Of a DNA stretch of 64,000 bases, positions 1 through 13,567 are shown one piece after another. How positions within the stretch are numbered: position 1 is the stretch's first letter; the number at the start of each line of letters is the position of its first letter. Below the pieces are notes generated by a model. The model had not been told where the DNA came from and searched no databases. It was given only the letters and a program-made list of their open reading frames with translations. The stretch lies in contig OX638154.1 in the NCBI GenBank assembly GCA_951804945.1, positions 50,282,001-50,346,000 on the forward strand. Reading direction: 5' to 3'. This stretch comes from Podarcis cretensis (lineage: Eukaryota). Made by a program: the position numbers and the translations under genes.

Positions 1-44
1 GGCCCTGGCTCTGCTCCCCATTTCTAATGTGACAAGAATAATAG

Positions 45-160
45 TATCATAGAATTGTAGAGTTGGGATGGACCACAAGGGTGCAAGAATATCTTTGCCC
101 AGCATGGGGCTCAAACCCACATGAGATTAAGAGTCATGCTCTACTGACTAAACTACCCCA
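45..160 (-). mobile_element. Degenerate tRNA(Lys)-derived SINE with a CR1-like tail
   Basis: Minus strand reads ...agtcagtagagcatgactcttaatctcatgtgggtttgagccccatgctgggc (tRNA-Lys-CTT-like) and ends in ccaactctacaattctatgat. Confidence 0.65.
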
Positions 161-619
161 GCAGTGATGGAACTCGCAAGGTTGTGTGTGTATGTGTGTG
201 CGTGCGCAGAAGGAGGATGAGAGATTTAAAATGAGTTTTAAAATGGCAAGGCACTTGGCGTAGCTAGAAGTGCCACATCCATTATTAATCATGGAGAATG
301 CATTGCTGGTGGCCTCTGCGGGGGTCCTCCTGACATCATTCAGCAGTGCCATCTCTCCATCTGTCCCTCTCCTCTTGCCCTTCCTCAAGGGTGACCTTTT
401 CTCTTTCAGCAGCTTTGGGCCTCACACCTGCATCGCTCTGCTCCTCCTCTGTGTTCATGTCTCCCAGGGGAGTTAGAGAAGCTGTTTTTTTTGCCTCCTT
501 TCTTTGTTATCACTACAGCAACCCTCCAAGATCAGAGAGAGAGGGGAGGGGAATGTATATCAGAGCAAGGGGAGGAAGTGGGTATGTATTGGAAGTGAAC
601 CGTATTCCTGCGGGTACAT

Positions 620-715
620 ATTGGAAGTGAACCATAGTCCACGAAAGCTTCTGCCATTGTAAGTTTTGATGACCTAATTTAAAGTGCCACAAGACTGTTG
701 CTTTTGCTGCAAGAG
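620..715 (+). mobile_element. Penelope-like element terminal remnant
   Basis: gaagtgaaccatagtccacgaaagctt...ttaaagtgccacaagac. A reverse-orientation relative lies at ~45548-45630. Confidence 0.45.
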
Positions 716-3700
716 AGTAAGATGGTGAATATAGTTTATGTTGGCAATGCTGTCTTCCATGAAGGTGCAGCTCCCAGTTTTAATCCTGAGTCCCCTGCTA
801 CTGATTTCCATGGGAAAATCAGCCTTCTGTTTTTGTACTAAAGAACCAATTTGCCCTCTGGCTCTAAATAGAAAAACTCCACCTTATGAATGTATTCACA
901 GCATTAAGGGAGTCATATGATTACTGGCTTTCACTGCCTTCAAATACAGGGTCATATTGTTATGGCTTATATATGCTGCTATGATACCAAACAAGAAACG
1001 AACATGGCCTGTATTTGATGAATAGCCCCTTTTTACTCATTGTCTGGCCAATGATGATGCAAAGTCTCATTCTTTCCCTCTCTCCTCTGAGATATGAAAA
1101 CAAATGGAGACATCTATGAAAGTATTGATGTGGGGACACGAAGAGTTGAGATGTGTTTTGTAATTAACTCCCTAGCTCTCTCTGATAGACTCCCAAATGC
1201 AATGCTGTGAAATAAGTCTTGCCTTGAGCCCCCCATAAGAGTGCTGTTGAGTAAGCTGTGACGTCTTTTATTACTAGTAATAAAATTATTAATAATAAAG
1301 GCCTACAAGTGGAATTCAACATGGCATTAATTGGGGTATCTGTGAGCGGGACGAGGTCTGCTTGCCAAGGGAACTCCCACGTGCTCCTGTTTTGGGTACC
1401 CCGCCCCCATCCTCCAGAGCAAAGATTTAGGGAGCACAAGGGGAGGAGAGGCAGCTTAATTCTTGTTCAGTGAGTGGACTTGATTCTGCTTGTGCAGCAA
1501 CACAGCTGAATCTTGCCCGATAGCACTTTTAGGATTCTAAAGGTAGGTGACCACAGGCCAGCTGAGCAGCTCTTAGATGCAGCATAAGTGCTTCTCTGCT
1601 GCCAAGTGGAAAGAGGCTTGCTGTTGGGATGTCCCACACAGTGGGGGGGGGAACAGGGGGGAAAGGATCCTTGGGTGTCTCTGTGTTGAGGATACACAGG
1701 ATCCTAAGCACCCTCATTCATGTAACATGGCCTTAAGAGGAGCCCTTTGCCAGCCTGTACACTGCCATGCTTAATTTCCTCCCACTGACGGCAATGGGAA
1801 GGGTGGTGGGAAATGGCAAAGAGAACGGTAAAAAAAATCAGTCTCCTGACCCCCACCCTTGCCTGGCAGCAAGCTGTCAGGGTTTAAGAAGTGTTTTTAG
1901 CTCCACTGCAGAATCCTTCCCTCTCCCCAATAGGATTGTTCTGCCACCATGCAAAAACACTATTTCCCCACCCCCAGCCCTGTATTCCAGCTCACAACAA
2001 ACCTGTGCCATATGTTGTTATTATCCATGTTTTCAGAGGAATAATTGGGTGTGCCCAATACCCAGTGAATTCATGGTTCGGCAGGGATTTGAGCTCAAGT
2101 CTCTAAGGTCCGGTCCAAGATTCTGGGCATTGGCCCATTTTTAGCATCCGATAGCAAGTCTTTGGAAAGAAGATCCATTATTTTGTTAACAATGTTTAGG
2201 GCAATATAACCAACAGCAGCAACAAAATTCTCTGCCAATTTTGCTCAAATTCTTATTGAAAAATCACACTCCTGAATTGTCTGACTGATGTAAATTTTTA
2301 AAGCAGGCCAATTTGACTATTTTTGCATGTTCTGTAGAATTGCTTCTGTTTTAGGTTATTACTGGGAGAAACAGAACAAATCCAGGCACTGAAATTCCTG
2401 CTCAGCCCTCCCCATGATATTTGATATGGAAGTGCCACTCATCTACTTCAAAGCTTGTCTTCATAGCCTCTTGAGAGGTAGAAACTCTGTTTTCCCCATA
2501 TGAAAACTGTGGGTTTTTTAGGGTGCTGAATTTTGTGCCCAGTGTCATTTTTGCACTTGAGAGATACAATCACACCATCGAAGGATATACTTAGCTCTGG
2601 CAATATCCATTCAGACACAAGGCCACGTGGGGTGAGTTTTGTGGGTTGTTTGTGTGCTAAAGGTCACCAGCATAAGGAACAATCCCCCTCCCCAAAGAAG
2701 CTGGAAGGTGTGAATAGAGAACCTGTGCTAACATTGCACATATTAGCATACAAAGTGTGTCTCTTGTGATACCTCTGTGCTATCCATTGTAAAGCACCAG
2801 TGTGAGTGGGCTCTGCTCTTAAGCAATTCTTACTCACTTCAGTGAGTGCTGCTTGCAGAGGAGATTTTCCCCATGAATTGTTCCTGAAATAAATGAAACA
2901 GGATAACTCAATTTATTTCTTCTCACTCCCTGGGTTAATTTCTATTATTCACATCCGTGCAGCATCAGTGTAAGAAATTAGGATCAGTGGGACTATAGAA
3001 AGCTGACTTACACCAAGTCAGACCATTGGTCCATTCTGTATTACACTAACAGTGGCTCTCCAGGGTTTCAGGCAGGGGGCACCCCCCGTCCTGCCTGGAG
3101 ATGCAGAGGATTGAACATGGCACCTTCTGCATGCAAAGCAGATGCTCTCATGGCTTGACCTCACAAGAAACTGCACTAGGAAAACTCATTTTAAGACTGG
3201 GAATGCCAACAATAGCACAATGCCTCTCATACAGAAGTGCCACTGCAAGCTGACGCAGTTTGGAGCAGCACTTTTTTGCCAACATCATCAGATGCCATGT
3301 ATGAGCATGGCAAACTATAGTATCCCCAGGTGTGTCTACTTTACTGAGCATGCAGAGGGTTGCTGTGCAAGGATAACATGACACGGGAAACTACTCTCTT
3401 CAAATCTCTGCTCTCACATGAATTTATTGAGTGGCTTAGGCACCTCCACACTCAATCTGCCTTAGTCATATGTTTTATGGTGATAACACACGCCTACCGT
3501 ACATAGCTGAATGTAGCCTTGGGGTTCCAACTGTGTCTGCTAAGTTCTCTTTAGCCCTCAGCTGCATGGTTTAAGGCTGCTGTCTTTGCAACATCAGAGC
3601 AGCTGAGCCAAAGACAGCCAGACGACTGATGGCACATTACTTGCAAAGCCCCATGTGGACTTTGGAGCAGATCAGCCAATGGCATCATTAAGAGGGATGG

Positions 3701-3899
3701 CATGGCAGACATCAGGATGAAGGAGGAGTTTGCAGGAACAGATGACATCAGAAGACAAAGAATATGTTTTATGGGAGAGTAACCATGTAGCTTATTATGC
3801 TACAGGCATATAGCTGTATTGTAATAATATTATTTTCATGACATCTAATCTTGATTCAAGACTTGCTTCAAAACAGTTCATTTGATATTGGCACAGAAT

Positions 3900-4042
3900 G
3901 AGAGAATTGTAGAGTTGGAAGGGACCCTGTGAATAATCTAGTGAAACCCCAATGCAGGAATATGCAACTGTCCCATACGGGGATCAAACCTGCAACCTTG
4001 GTGTTATCAGCACCATGCTGTAACCAGCTGAGCTATCCAGGC
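3900..4042 (-). mobile_element. tRNA(Ile)-derived SINE with a CR1-like tail
   Basis: Minus strand gcctggatagctcagctggttacagcatggtgctgataacaccaaggttgcaggtttgatccccgtatggg resembles tRNA-Ile; tail cccttccaactctacaattct. Confidence 0.7.
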
Positions 4043-4340
4043 ACAATCTTTTGGATCTGATGGTAGTAAAAGGTGTATTGGTGGTTGACTTCCCAAACCA
4101 AGCTGATGGTAAGAATGTAGGTCATTCTAATAAGCTTACTATGCTTATATTTTGATAATTGGGATCAGTGAAGCTTTCTGATGGGCTACTGACAAATATG
4201 AGGAGATGTATGGCAAAAAGAAAACAAAAGAAAGTTCATGTGCTGATATGGCCTGCATGTGATATGCAGGCCATGCTATTGCAGTAAAACAGGAAGCTTA
4301 CATTGTCCCAAAAGAAGGAAATTATGACACATGGAAAAAG

Positions 4341-4361
4341 AATTCTGTCCTTGGTGCTGAA
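4341..4361 (-). promoter_or_regulatory. RE1/NRSE (REST binding site), canonical
   Basis: Reverse complement is TTCAGCACCAAGGACAGAATT: both half-sites (TTCAGCACC and GGACAG) are perfect with the canonical 2-nt spacer. Confidence 0.8.
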
Positions 4362-4701
4362 CGTCTCATATATTGCAGCATTAGTGTTGAAAAGATAAGC
4401 TGGTATCAAATGCAGCACTATGTAATTGTCCTGTCAGCACAAGGATTCTGTTTGTACAATGGGACTTTGCGCAGTCTGTCCTAGGAGTTCCTCCAACCTC
4501 CTGAGCAAATTTGGGGAGGGTGTGGGGTGCACACAGGTCTTCCCTCTGTGTCCAGGAAAAGTAAATAAGCTATCCACTGCACAAGTGGAAATTCTTGCAC
4601 TAATGGGATGGTTACTTAGCACTGTGCTGGTTAGTCGTCTCATCTTTTTAACACAGTCTCTCTGTCTTATAATTTATAACTATGCTGAACTGGATGGAAG
4701 G

Positions 4702-4722
4702 ATCAACACCAAGGACAGCAGC
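4702..4722 (+). promoter_or_regulatory. Second RE1/NRSE-like site
   Basis: ATCAACACCAAGGACAGCAGC has one core mismatch (G>A) to NTCAGCACCNNGGACAGNNNC. Confidence 0.55.
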
Positions 4723-7700
4723 TTCCTCCATATGATCACAGGCCTTCCTTATTTACCAGCCTCTCCCCGCCCTCCTTTACTCCAAGGCAGCCTGACCTTA
4801 CAAAATCAAATATATTTACTTTGCCATTGCATGAGGTGTGGAATAAGAAGAATCAGGTCTTCTGTCCGGGAGCAACCTCTCCCAGAGATCTTGAAAAGCT
4901 GTTTCCCGTCAGACAGTGCCAGGCTAGATTTGCCTCTGTATAGCACAGCTTTGTCTGTTAAACAGCACACTTTCTATAGGTTTATACATTGCTGATAAAG
5001 TTATTCTTTGCTTGTGTGGGTACTGTTGGAGAGTCCCAGTTCTCCCTAGTAATGTTTATGGAAACCAGCTGAGACAATAACTGAGAACTTGCAGAGGATC
5101 CAGCGAATTGCTTGTGGGTTTTAGAGAGCCTCACGAGGGGATAGGAATGCTTAACAGTGAGATATTTTAGACTGGTTTGCTTCTTCACCTCATTATTTCC
5201 TTCCTTTTGAGAACTCGCAGTTCAACCATCCGGTTCCTACTTCTATTAGAAATGCTATTTTAAGCTGCCTGTTGCTAAGATACACTGTCAGTTCTATGCA
5301 CTTGCTGTATCGGTAGTGTCTAAGAATGATATATCCAATCAGTTTAATTAGTTTCCCCAAATTAAATATAAATTACAATAGGATTTAGTTTGGTAAAAAC
5401 ATGCCATTGTGTTATCTCACTGCTTACAACAGTCACTTCAGGGATAAGTCACCTTCAGAAAGTGTGTCCTTTTCTGAGTGCCCTCAGATCTCATGTTTCA
5501 TGGCAGGATCACCACAGCATCAGGAGGAACCTTGTTCCTGGTACCTAGTAAACAGCTAAAACCTTCCTCAACCTAAGGCCCACGGGATGTGTTGAAAGGT
5601 TCTCATTGATCCAACCTTTCTGTTGTCTTTTTTCCATATTGGCTTAAATATGATTTATTCTTGGTGCACTACACTTCCACATCATCACCTCAGTGATAAG
5701 GAAGACTTTCCACCACAGAGCCTTGTGACTTTCCCCAAGTCACGGAACTACTGACCTGGTTAGGAACATTCGTTTCTTTGCAGCACATGAAAGGAGAAGG
5801 CCAAGCCAAATGAATCATTGTTCTTGCTATGATTACAGGTCAGTAGCTAGCCAATTAGGTGAGGTGTCTGCAGTTTGATCCATATGAAGTTGTGTACCAT
5901 TCTCAGATGAAGAGTAATTTTAGATTCTCTTGCTTATTGGGTTAGGAAGGATCTTGGTTGCTGGTAAAGAAAAAGAAACCTGTCTTAAATGATGCAGTTA
6001 AATGTACTAAACCCTGCACATTGAAATACAGTGTTGTATAATAGGAAGAGTGCTGAGTGTAGAACAGGGAGAGCTGGGTTCAAATCCCGACTCAGTCAGT
6101 GGCTTTACTGATGACCTTGCACAAATCTTGGTCTTACATACTCCACAGTGGTGTGATGAAGAACAGGAATAATCTCACACACTGCACCTTGACCTTCTTG
6201 GACAGAGTGCTGGAAACAAATGTGATAAATAAACAAACATTGTCCCAAGCCTGGACTCTATAATGTGGGTTTCCTCAACTTGGTGCCCTCCAGATGTTTT
6301 GGATCACAACTCCTGTCTTCCCTGACTATTAGCTCTGCTGGCTGTGGCTGAAAGGAGTTGAAGGCATAAGGTTGGGAAGGCTGCTATAATGGATTGCTGG
6401 GATGCAGCTACCGGCATTCTGCTGTCTCACATTGTGTGTTCCAGTTTTTCTCCAGGGTGTTAGATCAAACTAGCAAATGGCCATGGAAACTTCTGTTCCA
6501 CTTGTTGCACAGAAATATTGCAGTTACAGGTAGCTATGGAAGATGACACCACACACACACAAACACACACACAGGGTTAGTAAGGGAATTATAGTGTCAC
6601 ATATTCAATGAATTAGTAGGTTCCTTTTCATTCATGGATCTCAGACATTCACGACATTATATGTGGCATCTGGTATGGAGTAAGTGCAGATGTGGGTCCA
6701 AAGGAATAATCAGAAGCTTGAACTGAACTCTGCTGATGGGTGGTGTGTGTGTGTGCGCGCCCAGCTCTAAGAGGGCAAGGAGTTTCTATTGATGGGCAGT
6801 GAGGACACTCCTTGTTCTGGGAGCATTTTGGAGGCATTGGCTGTGTGAAAAAGAATTCCCTCATGCGGCCAGTGCCTGAAAATGCAGCATTCCCAGCTGG
6901 TGGGCAGGAGAAAGAACTTATTTACTAGGCCTATGCTCAGTGCTTCCCAAAGTTCCAGGCATAGAACTGGCTACACCTCTCGTGCTGTGGTTCCCAAATA
7001 TCAACAACCAACTGGCTATTGTGCATTTGGGAATCATGCACAAGGGATTTTGACAGATGGGCCAAACAACACAGCTTTCAATCATGGGATTTCCGCGGTG
7101 ATGTCACAGGTAGATTGTTCTGCCCATCTGTCAAAACTGGTCCCTGGAGCAGTAAAGATTTTCAACCCCTGGTTTAACCATTCATACACTGCATCAAGAT
7201 CAGCAAGTGTGCCAAAGTGCAATCAAACTTATATTATTACAACACACAGACCCATTCTATTTTATCAAGTGCATTTTTTGGATCAATTGACAATAATGAT
7301 AATGGTTGATGGGATTTCTGTCTTCATGGTTGATGAGTCATTCAGTTACAGCTGCAATAGTTAAGAGTTACTAAAGCCTTTCACTGATTCATACTGCATT
7401 AATTTGAGACTCAGAACTCTAGTAGTATGGTACTGTGTGTTCTGGGGAGAAATTATTCTTACTTATATCAGCTTTTCACTCTGTATGTATTTTGATGATA
7501 CTTTGATGGTTATTTTCTTCTTAAGAATGCCCTGAGACATGAGACTTTATTATAAGGGCATATGTGTGTGCTTGCCCATGAACCTTTCTCAAAATCAACC
7601 TCCCATTGACATTCTGTCCCTTCTGCATTTCTGACAGCATAGGCTGCCTGCCAGGATTCTGAAAGAAAAATCTTTTCCAAGCTGGGATCATGATCTGCTT

Positions 7701-9486
7701 TGTTGTTGTTGTTCTTGTTACTGCCTTTCATGAGGAGCAACCACTGCATTCTGAGTGGTGCAAAACATAAATAAATATGGCCAGTGTGGGGACAATTATC
7801 ATAGTGAGACTTTGTTGCCTGGTTTAGAAAGTATTCTTTGGCAGGTACATCCCATATAAGCAGAGTGAGCTATATCTACAACTGATAGCTCATTCTACAT
7901 GAGAAAGGCAATAATGTATAGTCAGATGTTGTTAAGGTAACTCCCACTCTATGGGACCTGAGGTGAAATTTCTCAGAAAACAAATTTCTGAGCAAGTGAA
8001 GGGGGAATCGTAAAGTGTTGTTTTAATAACCAAACCTGATCTCATCTCCTTTGGGGTTAAATCATCTTGTTATGTGGACACAATGTCACACCATTAAAGC
8101 AGAGCCACCATTTTACTTATTGAAAAAATGAGGAGGAAAGCCTCATTTTTTACTGCCCTGTTTTATAAGTACAGCCGGGTGGATCAAGAGTGTAACATGA
8201 TCCTAAGTATTTACCCAAATATATCATCACCATAAGAATAAGTGCAATCTTTGTATAAGTCATCAGTCACCTTTATGAAACAGATATTTAATTCAAGGGC
8301 CTTAGTTGCTCCTAATATTGTCAGGAATGTGCTAATAAAAGCTGTTTTTAAATGACCTTTTCATTGCCTTATTCACACATGCTTTCAAGGAAACCAAATC
8401 CCATAAATCCTGAAATAGTTCAGTATAAGAATTTTGCAGAGTGTAAAACTGGCAGGGTTTCACTGGAGTCCAGGAGACTGGGCTGGTTTAGCTCTGTTGA
8501 AAGACAGCAGCCCTTTAATGGAGAGGCAGGAGTAATCAATGGCTTTGCATGCAGTGCCAAACATTTTGCAGATACTATCTGTTGTAAAACTGTCATGGGC
8601 AATTTAACCTACAATTCCTGGTCATCCCAGTTGCTCTGATAATGTCATCAGCTGAGAGATAACCTTGGTGCTTGCTGTTGTCATGGAAGAACTGCCGAAG
8701 CCTGCCCAGTTTTTTAGTGCAGCAATATTTTAAGCTAAACAGCACCTGACACATTGTTGGCACTAAGCACAGGTAAAACAGAAGTTATAGCACTTAGCTA
8801 TTGCCAAACCTCAGACTTTCACAGATTCCAGACAACAAGGAGGAGGGACTAAGAAAGACAACCAGGTGGTGAGTTACAGTACCTTATAGGGTACAGCATT
8901 GTGAGAATGTAACCATTTCACAGTCTCTCCCCCCCCCAGATATACTTACCCCTTCAGAAAAATTCTACTTAAGTCCCAATTTCTGCAGCAAGTAAAGCTT
9001 CAGTCTCTATTGACTATGCAAATAGAGAAAATTTGCATATTTATTTAATCTATTTGCTTCTGCACGACCTATGCAGAGCACTGCAATTCTACCTCCTGTA
9101 TCTCCTATTCAGTCTTATCTCCTCCCCGGAATCCAAGATTTCACTGGGCATTGCTTGCACACTTTCAAGCCTTGAGGACTAGAAGTTTGCTCTTTTAAAA
9201 TGAAAACTGAATTCTCAGGCAGATGCCTTCTGGAGCCTATACCCTTTCTGAATTTGCATATTGATGAATCACATGGCTCTGGATATTCAACAACACCAAA
9301 GAAAGCAGAGAAGTGTAATGTTTAATTCATTTGTTTTTTGTTTTTCAGATCTTTCGTAGATGACCAGGATCTGAGAGCTGACCTTCAAAACCTGCACCTG
9401 CCCTAGCAGATACCCACTCCATCTTGGGCTCCCCTCCGCCCCCAAAATCCCTTCCTACATAGGAGTGGCTGAGCCAGACAGTCTCA

Positions 9487-9766
9487 ATGCCTAAGCACAG
9501 CAAAGTGACCCAGAGGGAACAAAGTACTGAGCATGTCACTGAATCAGTGGCTGACCTGCTGGCCCTTGAGGAGCCTGTGGACTATAGACAGAGTGTCTTA
9601 AATGTGGCTGGAGAAAATTGGAACAAGCAGCAGGATGTGGATGACACTGGTGAGGATCGGCCAGCGTGGAACAATAAACTGCAGTACATTTTGGCTCAGA
9701 TTGGCTACTCCGTGGGGCTGGGGAATGTCTGGCGCTTTCCATATTTGTGTCAAAAGAATGGTGGAG
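9487..9766 (+). CDS. SLC6A17: SLC6A17 first coding exon (the exon begins at 9349 with 5'UTR)
   Basis: [33 protein letters not shown]...[36 protein letters not shown]: SLC6 signature plus the SLC6A15/17-type N-terminus. Acceptor ttttcag|9349; donor G|GTAAGT at 9767 (phase 1). Confidence 0.97.
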
Positions 9767-11649
9767 GTAAGTGAGCAAGGTAGTATAAAAGTCATCTGTT
9801 ATGGACACATGTTCTGCTTTCCTAATATAATAATACAAGAGGAAGGGAGCATAGACTTGAAGGCCATAGGATGCTATCTCAAACTGAGGCAGACAATACA
9901 TAGTACTGACCATGTTGACTGGTAGTAACCCTCTAGGTTTCAGACAGGATCCTTTCCTGGCTCTTCCTGGAAATTCTGGGTAAATCATGTGCTCAACCAT
10001 TAAGCTATGGCTTTCCCTTCAATGGATTGTTGTAGTCTGCATGATCAGGCACCTCATTATAGAGTTAAATGAAGAACTGTTATCCTGAATCTTATGACTC
10101 GTCCTAAGTTTATCTATTCTATACAAACCAAGACTACTCTGAGTTCAGGTAACAATTTGTGATGGTGAAAGGCTGCCATTATTCTTGGACTGTGTCTTTT
10201 TTTTTAAACAGCTATGTATTTCCCTGATTGTGCACTGCAAATCCATGCCTGAATCACACTGAACCATTATTATCTCAAAATATGTGAATATATAAACAAG
10301 CCCTTGCTACAAAAGGCATTCCTCTATAGCTTGGTAATAATTTTCACAAAGTTGAACTCAGCCAACTCTTCTATCTGTTTGAATTTGCCCTAGTTGAGCT
10401 GATTATGCACTGTTAATTTATTTAAGATTTACAGGTTGTGCTCTATTTCCTAACAAATTTGCTTTCCATGGTGTGATTCTTGCTCTCTGTGACATAGGAT
10501 GATAATATTCCATTAATCTTTTTCTTTTTTTTTAGCCACCAAGTTGCAGGAAAAGCAGATTAAAGGCATAATTGCAAAGGATGACTGTGTAAGGCACATT
10601 GTCCTTTGGTTGGCTGCACAGATAGAGGTGACCACTGGTGTTTTCCCTCCTATCAAGTGCTGAGTCTTCAATGTGGTCAATAGAACATTAAATGAATGGT
10701 TGTTGCACCTTGAAGGCTTTCTATTAAGCATATGCTTCCTGGATTATCCATGGATGAAGCAAAGTGCTGGCTGAGTATCAGTTGTGTGTAATGCGACAGG
10801 AATGGATTATTGATAGATGCTTTTGTGATAAATGCAATTCCTTGGTTGATAATGTCTGTATTGCTTCTTGGTTCAGCAAGCTCTTTCTGCTAAAAAATAC
10901 TGCTGTATGTGAAAGTAGTAATTTGTGTGTTGTTTTCTTCTCAGTAATAAAGTGTGCATATGTCTAGCAGAGAGAACAGATTTTCATTAGGAAAAGGGTG
11001 GTATTGGGCCAATTCTTTGGAACATTGTGTGCTCAAGAACTTACAGAATGCTGCTGCATGGGTTGAATGCTTTTTTGAAAGCTGAACACCCAGGTTAGGG
11101 TTGCAAACGGGAACCCTCTAATTGTACCTGTAATCTTGTTACAAAACCTGGTTTTCCCATTATGTGTACTGATGGCTACTGTGTGCCCTAAATGTGTAGG
11201 AAGCACCTGAGTTTCTCTGTCAGCTGACTTGTCTGTCTTTGGAACTGGAGTGCATTGCTTTGCTAGTGTAGATGGAATTTTGAAAGCCATTGCCTATTGG
11301 GGTCACCAGAGTCAGAGGCAATGATGTAATCAAAGACAAGGCAGTTCCAGGCTCCAGGGAAGGAGGTAGACAAGGACTAGAAGCAGATGACTGGGTCAAG
11401 AGGCCCCAGACTAGGCAGAAAATAAGTTTGAGGCAAGGGAGCTGGGGTGGCTGCTTAGGGTAACGAACCAAACCAGTCAACAGTTACATAGAACCAGCCA
11501 GGCCCTTACTGGTTCCTCTGACCTAACTTGGTTGGAGAGCAGCCATGCTGTCTCTGACCAGGACTGGCCCAATATATTTTGCTGCCTTAGGCAAAGGACA
11601 AGATGGCACCACGCCATTTCCCAGAGAGAAGCTGACTGGACTGGCGGTA

Positions 11650-12005
11650 CAGTGGTGCCCCACAAGATGAACGCCTCGCAAGACGGAAAACCCGCTAGAC
11701 GAAAGGGTTTTCCGTTTTGGAGGCGCTTCGCAAAACGAATTTCCCTATGGGCTTGCTTCGCAAGACGAAAATGTCTTGCGAGTTCCTGCGGGGTTTTTTC
11801 CCCTTTCCCCCCCTTTTCCTAAGCCCTAAGCCGCTTATCAGCTGATCCGCTGATAAGCCACTTATCAGCTGATCCGCTAAAAGCCGCTAAACCGCTAATA
11901 GCACTAATCCGCTAAGCTGTCAATGGGCTTGCTTCGCAAGACGAAAAAACCGCTATACGAAGAGCCTCACGGAACGGATTAATTTCGTCTTGCGAGGCAC
12001 CACTG
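11650..12005. mobile_element. Non-autonomous Tc1/mariner-superfamily MITE (356 bp)
   Basis: TA|CAGTGGTGCCCCACAAGATGAA...TTCGTCTTGCGAGGCACCACTG|TA: ~22-bp imperfect TIRs and a TA TSD. CpG-rich, so probably young. Confidence 0.9.
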
Positions 12006-12505
12006 TACTAGCAATGGAGTAGTGTTCGTCATAATGCCTGAAGGCAGCAGGGTAGAGAAAGGGCTTTGCCCTCTGACAGAAAGCACCACGGAGACGAAGC
12101 CAATCACTCACTTCTTCTGCTGTCTAAATTACATGAGATGTGAGGTTGCATGTTTAAATAAGAGTCTTCAGTCTGGCTGCTTTTTCTTTAAAATAAAAGG
12201 GGCCCTGATCCAGAATGTCATCCAGATCAAGGCCCTGCAGTGGTTTTCTGCTAAAAAAAACACCCTTACCTGTTTGCTCTTGGTCTCCACAGTTTCTGTT
12301 TCTTGGTATGCTGTGAAATGGTTGGTTTTCTTTATTCTGTCTTGTGGTCTTTTTCATATTTATTAATATGAAATTATTTTAAATAGTGTCGTGGAAGAGT
12401 TTTATGTAGAGTACTGAGTTTGAGTTTACAGTAGCTTTTGCTAATAGTGGTTCCTTTCAGAACCCTGAAATGCTTCAGGAGGAAAGGTGAGATATGATGA
12501 TGATG

Positions 12506-12506
<1 letters not shown>

Positions 12507-12555
<49 letters not shown>
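12507..12555. repeat. (AAT)n microsatellite
   Basis: About 16 tandem AAT units following (GAT)n. Confidence 0.95.
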
Positions 12556-13409
12556 TTGAAAAAATAGAAATAGAAATAAAAATAAATTAATTGTACCTAA
12601 GACCTTTTTCTAAAGGGGAAGAAAAGAAACCTGGTTGTCATTTGCTTTGATCAGAGTCTTCCAGTGGATTCTTGTCAGGAGCTGACCCAGTTGTGTGAAG
12701 GATTTTTATATCTTTTTGAGAAGCTGTGAGTTGTGTCAAGAATTAACTCGGTGATGTTGTGCTGGGTGCACTTAATCGTTTCCAGCCTGCTTATCTGACT
12801 ACCCTGAATATGAAGCAGGATCAAAATCCTGCCTACACAGCTTTCCTGTCTTATTAGAATTATGAACGTGCCAGGAATATTGATATTTTTTTGCTTTGAG
12901 TTTTTGGTCAACAGCTCAGATTTCCAGCATGAGAGTTTTTGGCCTCTCTGGCCAGCTGTTTATATTTCTCAGACTGCCCATTTGTTTCGTACTCTCTTCA
13001 ACTAGCCAGAGATATATAGTCCTGCTATTTAAGTACAGTCCTTTATGAAGCATTTTCATCTAGCCCTTCCAGGAATTGTTCTCTTTAATTGCATAGCTGG
13101 CACTGGAACAGCCATTGTGAAGGCAGAAAATAACCACACTGTATATAGATTTATATATGGAGTGTTAAAGTGATCCTGTGTGTTGTAGTTGTATTAACCT
13201 CTCCCTCTATTGTCACAGCACCATTTTAAATTAGGAGACTTGCTTCAAATAATGTTTAGGGACAAATGCTAACTGGAGCTGATGAGAGTTGGATGGACCA
13301 TACAAGTAAGAAGTGATTGTCTTCTAGGAGCAGTCATGGTCACGTTCTCATGCTGGGACCTGTGTGATCAAAGACGGGCATCTCTAATGACCTTTTCCTT
13401 TCCTGTCAG

Positions 13410-13567
13410 GTGCCTATCTGGTTCCATATCTTGTATTGCTCATCCTCATCGGCATCCCTCTCTTCTTTCTGGAGTTGGCTGTTGGCCAGAGGATCCGCCG
13501 GGGCAGTATAGGAGTGTGGAATTACGTCTGCCCTCGGTTGGGGGGCATTGGATTTGCCAGCTGCCTT
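13410..13567 (+). CDS. SLC6A17: SLC6A17 coding exon 2
   Basis: tcctgtcag|GT GCC TAT...; [53 protein letters not shown]; donor GTAAGT at 13568. Confidence 0.97.

Noticed and set aside
580-636. Two ~25-bp direct repeats with a short spacer (superficially CRISPR-like)
   Set aside because: Only two units in eukaryotic DNA, at the edge of a Penelope-like remnant: a local duplication.
3960-4042. tRNA-Ile-like sequence (and tRNA-Lys-like sequence at 95-160)
   Set aside because: Degenerate stems fused to CR1-like tails, with a second copy of the Ile-type element in the window: SINE heads, not tRNA genes.
4426-4995. 189-aa intronic ORF
   Set aside because: Non-ATG start, no recognisable protein features, and no supporting splice structure.
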